Assembly: GCA_016839055.1 (NCBI GenBank)
Contig: JAEKNX010000002.1
Location: 377,451-441,450, forward strand
DNA from: Spirochaetales bacterium
Lineage (GTDB): Bacteria > Spirochaetota > Spirochaetia > UBA9216
Length of the DNA stretch: 64,000 nt
Direction of reading: 5' to 3'
Below are positions 49,970 to 58,248 of this stretch, in pieces. The notes under the pieces are model-generated. The model saw nothing but the letters and a program-made list of their open reading frames with translations. It had not been told where the DNA came from and searched no databases. The first letter of the stretch is position 1, and each line of letters opens with the position of its first letter. Both the position numbers and the translations under genes were made by a program.

Positions 49970-50821
49970 TTATCCTGTCTCCTTGCTGGTCAATCGATTA
50001 TAATCGGAAACATCGGACAGCCCCTTTGCTGTCCGATGTAAAACGGTTCTGACTGAATAATTTTTCTTTCTTCTACAGGCCGGACAACAGGAGAGAAGTT
50101 CATCTGTTATAGTAATTTTTTCCTTAAGCTGTTCCATCTGGACGGATGTTCCGACCGGCTGCCCGCAATCGGGGCAAAATATCATCTCCAGGGCAACGCC
50201 CCAGTCTTGCTTCCTGAGTTTTTTATTTTCAATCTTGAAATTTATCACGCCTGTAGGACACACCGCCTCACAGGCCTTGCAGCCTATGCAGAGATCTCCT
50301 GCGATTTTAAAGGGGGAGACCACCTCCTTTTTTATGCCGCGTCCTGAGAACCCTATGGCCTCGGCCTTTATCAGTTCATTGCAGACTCTCATGCATAACC
50401 CGCATAGAATACAGTTCGATTTTCCCTCATCAGCAGCAGTGAAACGGGGCTTGGTTATTCCGTTTTCAAGTGCCAGTTTCATTATCTGCTGAGAATCCGG
50501 AGCCCTGGATAGCAGCAGTTCTATTATCAGTTTTCTCTCTTTGAGAACTCTCGGAGAATGTGTTTTTATATTCAGCCCCTCGGATGCGGGGCAGACACAG
50601 GCCGAATCTATCCAGCTGCGGTCAGGGTTTTGAGAGGGGTTGCTGATTTCCACTATACACAGCCTGCAGGAGCCGCTAGGGCTAAGCTCTTCATGGTGGC
50701 AGAGTGTTGGTATCCTTATCTCCAGCATGGCGGCCGCTTTTAAGATTGTAGTTCCTTGCGGAACACGGATTTTCCTGCCGTCAATTATTATTTCAACCTG
50801 CTTTGTGACCGTCATTTTCAA
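49970..50821 (-). CDS. [2Fe-2S]/[4Fe-4S] electron-transfer protein resembling the N-terminal domain of NuoG/HydA. No catalytic domain.
   Basis: N-terminal plant-type 2Fe-2S (CHHEELSPSGSCRLC). Two CxxCxxCxxxCP ferredoxin motifs. An extra C-terminal CPDC...CCPAC Cys4 motif. Confidence 0.7.
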   Translation of the reverse strand: MKMTVTKQVEIIIDGRKIRVPQGTTILKAAAMLEIRIPTLCHHEELSPSGSCRLCIVEISNPSQNPDRSWIDSACVCPASEGLNIKTHSPRVLKERKLIIELLLSRAPDSQQIMKLALENGITKPRFTAADEGKSNCILCGLCMRVCNELIKAEAIGFSGRGIKKEVVSPFKIAGDLCIGCKACEAVCPTGVINFKIENKKLRKQDWGVALEMIFCPDCGQPVGTSVQMEQLKEKITITDELLSCCPACRRKKNYSVRTVLHRTAKGLSDVSDYNRLTSKETG

Positions 50822-52659
50822 ACCTTCTTCACTGCGTCAAACCTGCAGACTTCAAAACATATGCCGCATTTCACACATTTCGCTGTATCTATGGTGTGAA
50901 CCTCTTTTTTCCGCCCTTCGATGGCTTGATATGGACATTTCACCTGGCAGAGCATGCAGCCGGTACATTTTTCATTGTCAATTTTATATTGAAAAAGGCT
51001 GCGGCAGACACCGGGGCTGCACTTTTTATCGACAATATGCTCCATATACTCATCCTTGAAGTAACGCAGGGTACTTAAGACCGGATTAGGTGCTGTTTTT
51101 CCTAGGGCACAGAGAGAGCTGTCCTTCACCATTTCTCCTATCTCCTCGAGGGCCGCCAAATCTTCTTCTTTTCCTTTGCCCTCAGTTATCCGGGTGAGAA
51201 TGGAAAGAAGCTGCCACAGGCCTTCCCTGCAGGGAGTGCATTTACCGCAGGATTCTTCGACGAGGAAGGACAGATAGAATCTCGCTACTTCCACCATGCA
51301 GGTGTCCTCGTCCATCACGATAAGACCTCCGGATCCCATCATCGAGCCGAGGCTTGTGAGTTCATCGAAATCTACCGACCTGTCAAGATACTGCCCGGGG
51401 ATGCAGCCGCCCGAAGGTCCTCCTGTCTGGATTGCCTTGAACTCCCGGCCGCCTGGAATCCCGCCTCCGATATCGAATACAATCTCACGGAGAGACATTC
51501 CCATCGGAACCTCAATGAGTCCGGTGTTCCTGACTTTGCCGACGAGCGAGAAGATCTTTGTGCCCTTGCTGCCCGGGGTTCCGATCTTATTGAACCAGGC
51601 GGCGCCCCGGTTAATGATGATTGGAATATTAGCCCAGGTTTCGACATTGTTCAGGTTGGTCGGCAGGTTGTAAAGGCCGCTTTCGGTGGTGTGAATGTGC
51701 TTTGTGCGGGGCTCGCCGCTGTAACCCTGCAGAGACTGCATCAGCGCGGTTGACTCACCGCAGACGAAGGCTCCGCCTCCTTTTGTTACTTCAATGTCGA
51801 AGGATAACTCCGATCCGAGAATTTTCTCACCGAGCAGGCCCCATTTTCTGGCATCGGCTATCGCCTTGATAATGTTTTCAACTGCAAGCGGATATTCGGC
51901 ACGGACATAGATTCGGCCTTCCCTGGCGCCGATCGCAAAGGCTCCGATTAGCATTCCTTCAATAACCGAGTGAGGGTTGCCCTCCAGCAGGGATCTATCC
52001 ATATAGGCTCCGGGATCTCCTTCATCCGCGTTGCAGACAACGTATTTCGAGCTGCCTGGGGCAATGCGGCAGGACTTCCATTTCTTGCCTGTCGGGAAAC
52101 CTCCGCCGCCCCGTCCGCGGAGGCCGGATTTTTCCACCTCTCCGATCACTTCTTCCGGGCTCAGATCCGATAGAACCCTTGTCAAAGCGGAATAGCCGCC
52201 CGTGATTATATAATCCTCTATGCTTTTTGGATCGATATGACCGTTCTGGGCGAATACCAGCCTTTGCTGTTTCTCATAAAAAGGAATATCGTTTTCTTTT
52301 ATCAGTTTACGGCCGGTTTCTGGATCTTCATACAGGAGGCGTTCGATCACTTCTCCGTTTTTAAGGGATTTCTCTACTATTTCATCAATATCAGACGGCT
52401 GGATGCGCTGGTAAAAAATATTTTCAGGCCTGATAACCATTAAGGGCCCGTTTTCACACAGGCCGTGGCAGCCGGTTTCCTTGATTGTGATATCGATATT
52501 TTTTTCAGTAACGGTCTTCCGGAGCAGGACCAGCAGTTTTTCCGATTCGCTGGCCCGGCAGCCGGTTCCGCCGCAGAGGGATACTGTCCGGAGAGTAGAT
52601 TTTTTCTCAGTAAGATGAGTCCTTACCGAAACAAGCTGTTCGTTTCCTGTCAGTTTCAT
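50818..52659 (-). CDS. NuoF/HydB-like NAD(P)H-binding FMN flavoprotein subunit with an N-terminal thioredoxin-like [2Fe-2S] domain and C-terminal 2x[4Fe-4S].
   Basis: GGGGFPTGKKW FMN-site motif. 51-kDa-subunit profile. C-terminal CTGCMLCQVKCP and CVKCGICFEVC clusters. ATGA overlaps with both neighbours. Confidence 0.8.
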   Translation of the reverse strand: MKLTGNEQLVSVRTHLTEKKSTLRTVSLCGGTGCRASESEKLLVLLRKTVTEKNIDITIKETGCHGLCENGPLMVIRPENIFYQRIQPSDIDEIVEKSLKNGEVIERLLYEDPETGRKLIKENDIPFYEKQQRLVFAQNGHIDPKSIEDYIITGGYSALTRVLSDLSPEEVIGEVEKSGLRGRGGGGFPTGKKWKSCRIAPGSSKYVVCNADEGDPGAYMDRSLLEGNPHSVIEGMLIGAFAIGAREGRIYVRAEYPLAVENIIKAIADARKWGLLGEKILGSELSFDIEVTKGGGAFVCGESTALMQSLQGYSGEPRTKHIHTTESGLYNLPTNLNNVETWANIPIIINRGAAWFNKIGTPGSKGTKIFSLVGKVRNTGLIEVPMGMSLREIVFDIGGGIPGGREFKAIQTGGPSGGCIPGQYLDRSVDFDELTSLGSMMGSGGLIVMDEDTCMVEVARFYLSFLVEESCGKCTPCREGLWQLLSILTRITEGKGKEEDLAALEEIGEMVKDSSLCALGKTAPNPVLSTLRYFKDEYMEHIVDKKCSPGVCRSLFQYKIDNEKCTGCMLCQVKCPYQAIEGRKKEVHTIDTAKCVKCGICFEVCRFDAVKKV

Positions 52660-53108
52660 TGCGAGGTGAACTCCTGAAAGATTTTCTCTACCTTGGCCGG
52701 GGTTATATGTCCGTTGTATTTTTTATTAATAACCATTATTGGACCCAGGGCGCAGGCTCCCAGACAATTAACTGTCTCGAGGGAAAAACTGCCGTCTGCG
52801 CTGGTTTCTCCATTTTTAATACCCAGGCTGCGTTCAATTTCCTCCAGTATCCGCCCTGCACCGCGGACGTGACAGGCAGAACCCATGCAGACTTTGACGA
52901 TATTGCGTCCCTTGGGTTTGAGTGAGAAAACATTATAGAAGGTGGCCACCGAATAGACATGATGAAGGGGCAGACTTAAGCCTGCTGCTACTTTTTTGAT
53001 ACTGTCTTCGGAAAGAAAATTGAACTCTTCCTGTATTTCCTGTAGAATCGGAATCAATGATTCCGGCGTCAGGGGGAAATCAGCTATAATCTTTCCTACT
53101 TTTTTCAC
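52656..53108 (-). CDS. NuoE/HydC-like thioredoxin-fold [2Fe-2S] subunit.
   Basis: 150 aa. CMGSACHVRG ... CLGACALGP cysteine pattern of the 24-kDa subunit family. Confidence 0.75.
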   Translation of the reverse strand: MKKVGKIIADFPLTPESLIPILQEIQEEFNFLSEDSIKKVAAGLSLPLHHVYSVATFYNVFSLKPKGRNIVKVCMGSACHVRGAGRILEEIERSLGIKNGETSADGSFSLETVNCLGACALGPIMVINKKYNGHITPAKVEKIFQEFTSQ

Positions 53109-53111
53109 TCT

Positions 53112-53642
53112 TTATTTCTCCAATGCCTCGCTCTGCACCATGGATACTCTGAATTTGCTTATAACTTCCTTTCTTCTGTCCGCCGTGATATCTTCAACAC
53201 TGGTGAAGCGGATGGCTTTAGTGGGGCAGGCGGCGGCACAGGCGGGTATTTTCCCTTCTTCCAGTCTGTCTATACATAGATCACATTTTGATAATGATAT
53301 TGCCTGCGGAACTGCCTTTATTATTCCGAAGGGACAGACCATCACGCAGGCATTGCATCCGATGCATTTATCCATGTTTAATACAACCGGTTCGTCCGGC
53401 CCGCTTCTATCCATGGCAGCTGTTGGACAGACTGTAATGCAGGGGGCGTCGGTGCAGTGACGGCAGTGCATCGGGATAACATCATCGCCGTCTGTTTCGA
53501 GAATAATCCTGGGGTAGAGACGTTCGCTGCTGTAGAGCGCTTCTACAAGAGTATTGCTTTTTGAGTGAGCCAGGGCGCATTCGAGTTCACATGTGTGACA
53601 ACCCTGACATCTGCTGATAACTACCTCAATTATACTGTTCAT
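53112..53642 (-). CDS. cooF: CooF-type iron-sulfur electron-transfer protein (4x[4Fe-4S]).
   Basis: 176 aa with four CxxCxxCxxxCP-type motifs. Lies immediately downstream of cooS. Confidence 0.75.
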   Translation of the reverse strand: MNSIIEVVISRCQGCHTCELECALAHSKSNTLVEALYSSERLYPRIILETDGDDVIPMHCRHCTDAPCITVCPTAAMDRSGPDEPVVLNMDKCIGCNACVMVCPFGIIKAVPQAISLSKCDLCIDRLEEGKIPACAAACPTKAIRFTSVEDITADRRKEVISKFRVSMVQSEALEK

Positions 53643-53646
53643 ACTA

Positions 53647-55572
53647 TCACTCCTGGTCCAGCACCTTTAGTGCCTGCTCATAGACCATGGGTTTGAGCTT
53701 AAGGAGTTTTCTTTTTTTATCGATGTGTCTGATCATTTTATGAGCGGCTTTGACGGGATCCTCTTCAAAGGCCCATTTGCCGCCGACTTCTGCTTCGATT
53801 TCATCGGTAAGGTAATTAAACATTTTTTTGCTGCCCATCATCGGAAGAGGCTTGCCTATCATGGTATATACACCCGAGGCTACAAAATAGAAACCGATTG
53901 AAACGGCTTTTTCACTCATCCATTCCGGCGCGGCGCCGGCCGCCGGCAGATCGGAGATGTCATTTCCAAGACCGCCTTCGGCTACGATATTGGACAGAAC
54001 CCGCAGGATGCGGCTGTTATCCACACATGAACCCATGTGCAGCACCGGAGGAATGCCAACTGTACGGCAGATTTCCTGCAGACCCTTTCCCGCGTATTTA
54101 AAAGCTGATTCTGGCTGCAGCAGTCCGTGCTTCGCACAGGATATGGCATTGCAGCCGGTGACAACCACCAGTACATCGTTTTTAATCAGTTCCTTGACCA
54201 TCTGGATATGGCCGCTTTCGTAAGGCACATTCGGATTTGAGCAGCCGATAACGCCCGCGGCTCCCCTCAGGCGGCCTTCTTTGATAGCGTTGTTCAGCGG
54301 CCGGTAGGTGGCCCTGTATTTTCCGCCGAGAAAATCAAATACCGATTCGGCGGTAAAACCCGCTACCATCGGCTCTTTCTCCGACGGCAGATAGACAGAT
54401 TCTTTATTTCGTCTGGAATAATTGTCTATAGCAATCTCTATTATCTCTTTGGAGGTCTTAATCGCGTCTGTCTCATGGAATTCTATATGCTTCACTCCGG
54501 GAATCTTTGCCTTATCCGAAGTTGTCACGAGTTCGGTATGAAAACAATCCGCTACTGCCTTAAGGCCGGGCATTATACACTGCACATCGACAATCATCAT
54601 GTCGACGACTCCTGTCATGATCGCGAGTTCCTGCTGCAGAAAACTACCGGCAACCGGAATTCCTCGTCTCATCAGAATTTCATTGGCTGTACAGCATATT
54701 CCAGCTATGTTTATCCCTGTAGCTCCTGCATCCTTTGCCTTTTTATCCATCTCATCAGAGGTGGCTATCTCGGCTATGATGTCGGAGAGGGCAGGTTCAT
54801 GACCGTGTACAATAACGTTTATTTTAGCTTCATCCATAACACCGAGGTTGGCGCTTGATTTCAGGGGGTTAGGTGTACCGTACAGAATGTCTTGAAGTTC
54901 AGTGGCCACCATTGACCCGCCCCAGCCGTCGGCGAGGGACGTCCTCATTCCATGATTTATCAGATGACGGTATTCGGCATCCACTCCCATATGGGTACGG
55001 TGCATGGTTTCGACAACTTCTCTGTCGATGCTGCGGGGCATAATGTTTAGTTCTTTCCATAGTTTTATTCTGGTTTCCGGAGCGGTTCCTGCTGTCTTTA
55101 GAAATCCATCCTGCCGGCCGAATTCATTTTTTGCTTCGCTTACCAGGTCGAGTGCTATCTCTTTTGCGCTTCGATCTTTTGTTTTTAAGCCGTAGATCTC
55201 GGCGACTGCCCTTAGTTTTGCTTCATCTTTGATTTTGTATGCTGAATCTCCTTCGGCTGCCATCTGAAGAGTATGAACAACGGTTCGGCCGTGATCCGAG
55301 TGGGCGGCAGCACCGGCGGCGATCATACGGCAGAGATGCCGGGCCGCAATGGTATCTGCGTCGGCTCCGCAAACTCCCACCTGGGGCCCATCCCCGAATG
55401 GATCAATTCGGCAGGGCCCCATGGAGCAGTGCCGGCAGCATAAACCAAGCTGCCCGAACCCGCACTGGGGCTGCATGGCCTCGAACCTGTCCCAGACTGT
55501 CTGCATATTCTCTTTTGCGGCAAATTTAATCATTTTTTGAGTGGCTTCATCGGAAAACGAATGGTCCATCAT
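53647..55572 (-). CDS. cooS: Ni,Fe carbon monoxide dehydrogenase catalytic subunit.
   Basis: 641 aa. N-terminal CGFGQLGLCCRHCSMGPCRI D/B-cluster motif. CODH/prismane-fold profile. Confidence 0.9.
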   Translation of the reverse strand: MMDHSFSDEATQKMIKFAAKENMQTVWDRFEAMQPQCGFGQLGLCCRHCSMGPCRIDPFGDGPQVGVCGADADTIAARHLCRMIAAGAAAHSDHGRTVVHTLQMAAEGDSAYKIKDEAKLRAVAEIYGLKTKDRSAKEIALDLVSEAKNEFGRQDGFLKTAGTAPETRIKLWKELNIMPRSIDREVVETMHRTHMGVDAEYRHLINHGMRTSLADGWGGSMVATELQDILYGTPNPLKSSANLGVMDEAKINVIVHGHEPALSDIIAEIATSDEMDKKAKDAGATGINIAGICCTANEILMRRGIPVAGSFLQQELAIMTGVVDMMIVDVQCIMPGLKAVADCFHTELVTTSDKAKIPGVKHIEFHETDAIKTSKEIIEIAIDNYSRRNKESVYLPSEKEPMVAGFTAESVFDFLGGKYRATYRPLNNAIKEGRLRGAAGVIGCSNPNVPYESGHIQMVKELIKNDVLVVVTGCNAISCAKHGLLQPESAFKYAGKGLQEICRTVGIPPVLHMGSCVDNSRILRVLSNIVAEGGLGNDISDLPAAGAAPEWMSEKAVSIGFYFVASGVYTMIGKPLPMMGSKKMFNYLTDEIEAEVGGKWAFEEDPVKAAHKMIRHIDKKRKLLKLKPMVYEQALKVLDQE

Positions 55573-55766
55573 TTTTCTCCCTTTTTTTATATAAGCTTAA
55601 GGTGAAAAATACATCCGAAATGGACTTAATGCTCAGGCCTGATAACCCGGATTCATAATAATCGTAAACCGAATTATCAAATAATGCAACTTTAAGATTA
55701 ATATTTTGATATTTAACCCGACATGATTAGATGTTTGGTTAAAAGTTTTCATTTATTTCTTATATT

Positions 55767-56552
55767 TCAGTTTTTAGAGGTTATTTTGCTGATTTCTGTT
55801 AAAATCTGATTGAACTCCTCAAGGGAACCTTCTGTCAGTGCATCCAGAATTGAGACCCCTGGTCTGTCGGCCTTCCGGAACTCCTCCCTGAAGGAGATAA
55901 ATCCGAGTATTTTCGCATCGGGCAGGGCTTTTTTTATGAATTCCCGGTCATCCTGCTCCTTTATTTTATTGCCGACAACATAAACTCTCAATAGACCGAT
56001 TTCTCCAGATAGCTCAAATATTTTTCGGGCACATTCAATCGACATCTGTCCCGGTTCGACGACGACCAGCATTATATCGACTCCGCCTGCCGTTGCTCTG
56101 CCGAGATGTTCGATCCCCGCCTCCATGTCCAGGAGTAATGTCTCATCCTTATGCAGAATAAGGTCCCGGACCAAAGCCCGGAGCAGAACGTTTTCAGGAC
56201 AGGCGCAGCCGCCCCCGCCTCTGCGGATTGCTCCGAGGACCAGAAGGGAGATTCCCCTGTAGAGGGTTGCGTAGGTATCACTGATATCCGATACTTCGGG
56301 GTTCAGTTTAAACATCTGGCCGTATTGATTGACCTTAGCCCCTGTACGCTCTTCAATCAGTTCTGTCTGTTTCGATATGGGAATGATCTTATCCTGCATT
56401 TCACGGGGCATCCCCAGAGCTGCGGCCAGGTTAGCGTCGGGATCGGCATCAATGGCAAGCACCTTGTTTCCCTTTTCAGTTAAAAGAAGGGCCAGGGCGG
56501 AGGAGATAGTCGACTTTCCGACGCCGCCTTTTCCAGTGATCGCTATTTTCAT
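55767..56552 (-). CDS. cooC: CooC-type CODH nickel-insertion ATPase (second paralog).
   Basis: Walker A (GKGGVGKST). 261 aa. Directly upstream of cooS. Confidence 0.8.
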   Translation of the reverse strand: MKIAITGKGGVGKSTISSALALLLTEKGNKVLAIDADPDANLAAALGMPREMQDKIIPISKQTELIEERTGAKVNQYGQMFKLNPEVSDISDTYATLYRGISLLVLGAIRRGGGGCACPENVLLRALVRDLILHKDETLLLDMEAGIEHLGRATAGGVDIMLVVVEPGQMSIECARKIFELSGEIGLLRVYVVGNKIKEQDDREFIKKALPDAKILGFISFREEFRKADRPGVSILDALTEGSLEEFNQILTEISKITSKN

Positions 56553-56627
56553 TTTCTCCTCCTTTTTGCTCTTGTTTCATTATAAGTCACTGATTAAATA
56601 TTTCTCAAGGAAAATCGTTTTTAATAA

Positions 56628-57266
56628 ATGACAATTCAATTTCTCTCTTATACAATTACAGGTATGGAAGAGCAAAAAAAAGCATATTGGGAACCTAAGC
56701 TGTGGGAAGAATTAAGGTCACAGGATCCGGCGAGGATCTGTGAGCGATCCGGGGCTGATTATGATCCCGGCGGATTCTATGAGATCAGCTCTCTGGACAG
56801 AAGGGTAAGGATCTATCCAGAGGAAGAACGGCTGGAGTCCGACGATTTGGAACTTGCTTCCAGCATGGAATATCAGCTGCTCTTGGTTTCTTATCTCCTC
56901 TATGCCCAGAATATTGATCCGACAGGGGAATGGGTGTCGGAAAAGGATCTAAAGGGCGGCAGTCTCTTCTTTCGCGGTCCCCACGCGGTTCCCTCTGCTC
57001 CTCTGGAAAGACAGTTCGGTAGTGATGCCAAGGGATTCCGGGAGAAAGCACTCACCCTCGGCGGCCGCCCCGCAGAATTCGGGGACCTGTCGATGGTTTT
57101 TCAAATCCTGCCCCGTATTTCATTTGCCGTTGTTCTGTGGGTTAAAGATGAGGAATTTCCGGCCCGCGTCACATTCATGTTCGATTCATCGATTGATGCC
57201 CATCTGCCCCTGGATGTGATATTTGCCATGACGCAGGCGGCTGCTCAAAAACTGCTGGGCGAATAG
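56628..57266 (+). CDS. DUF3786 domain protein (second paralog).
   Basis: 212 aa. The only plus-strand gene inside the cluster. An alternative start is possible at 56664 (MEEQKK). Confidence 0.5.
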   Translation: MTIQFLSYTITGMEEQKKAYWEPKLWEELRSQDPARICERSGADYDPGGFYEISSLDRRVRIYPEEERLESDDLELASSMEYQLLLVSYLLYAQNIDPTGEWVSEKDLKGGSLFFRGPHAVPSAPLERQFGSDAKGFREKALTLGGRPAEFGDLSMVFQILPRISFAVVLWVKDEEFPARVTFMFDSSIDAHLPLDVIFAMTQAAAQKLLGE

Positions 57267-57672
57267 TCTCGGCGGCATCCCGGCCGTCAATCCGGCTCTG
57301 AAAAATGGTCTCTGAACATGTAATAATTACTCCATCTTGATGTGCCCAAGAGGGCGCTGTCCTTGATAATACGTTCTCAGAGCAAGGAGGGGGTGAATCT
57401 GAGGTTGCCTCCGGCGTTGTCGGTGATTGAATTCCAGTCTACTCTTTCATCTCTGCAAAGATCGTCAAGGAACTCTATTGCCTTGTTGTGGGATTCAGGC
57501 ACAGCTATACCGCGGGATGGAACGATTTATGAACCGATAAGGAAATCATCGGTTTCTTTAAACAAGTTCTTCAGTTTAGTCAAAGACCTTCCTCCTTTCA
57601 GACGTTAGAGGAGTTTTCAGCGCATTACTATAATAAAGATAAAAAACTGATAAGAGAAAGCAAGGCTCTTTA

Positions 57673-58248
57673 TTAATAAATTGTATTAATAATGCGCTGA
57701 AAATCCTTTTGAGAGTTAATATTGACAAATGAGCTGTAATCAGGGTCCAGGCTGCGGATAATATCATCTTCAGCGTACTTTACCCGGACATACTCATAGA
57801 ATGAAATTATCCGCCGTTTCGGAAGAGTTTTTTCGATGAAAGGAATACAGCTTTTACGGTAGGCCGCGAACAGGGGTTCGGTATAGCCTCCGTGGTGAGG
57901 AACGTGCGCATCGTAATCTCCGATTTTCTTCACAAGCCAGGCCACGAGGGCGGGACTCATGAAAGGCGAATCTACAGTCGTTACAAAATTTATATTCGAA
58001 CTGCTTTCCCTCAGCCCGCTGTAGAGACCCATGAGCGGACCCTGTCCCGGTTTTTCATCGGTGATGATGCGGGCGGGGATGTTTCGGTAGGCTTCGGTTT
58101 TATTTACTACTACTATTATCTCTTTGAACATTGGGGATAGCTGTCTAATTTTGCGCTCAATAAAGGGTTCGCCTTCAATTGTCAAAAAGGCTTTATCAAG
58201 GCCGCCTATTCTCTCTCCATTGCCGCCTGACAGGATGATACAGGTCAT
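57673..58248 (-). CDS. mobA: Molybdenum cofactor guanylyltransferase.
   Basis: N-terminal ILSGGNGERIGGLDKAF nucleotide-binding motif. 191 aa. Start/stop junction with fdhA. Confidence 0.7.
   Translation of the reverse strand: MTCIILSGGNGERIGGLDKAFLTIEGEPFIERKIRQLSPMFKEIIVVVNKTEAYRNIPARIITDEKPGQGPLMGLYSGLRESSSNINFVTTVDSPFMSPALVAWLVKKIGDYDAHVPHHGGYTEPLFAAYRKSCIPFIEKTLPKRRIISFYEYVRVKYAEDDIIRSLDPDYSSFVNINSQKDFQRIINTIY

Noticed and set aside
49970-53108. Possibility that the NuoEFG-like module belongs to an [FeFe]-hydrogenase (HydABC).
   Set aside because: No ORF in the window has an H-cluster/large-subunit domain. The NuoG-like protein ends at 283 aa after its FeS domain, and its genes are translationally coupled to cooF and cooS instead.
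57342-57608. 88-aa plus-strand ORF in the mobA / DUF3786 intergenic region.
   Set aside because: It has no RBS and its translation is Ser/Leu/Arg-rich. It overlaps the inverted-repeat structure and is more likely non-coding.
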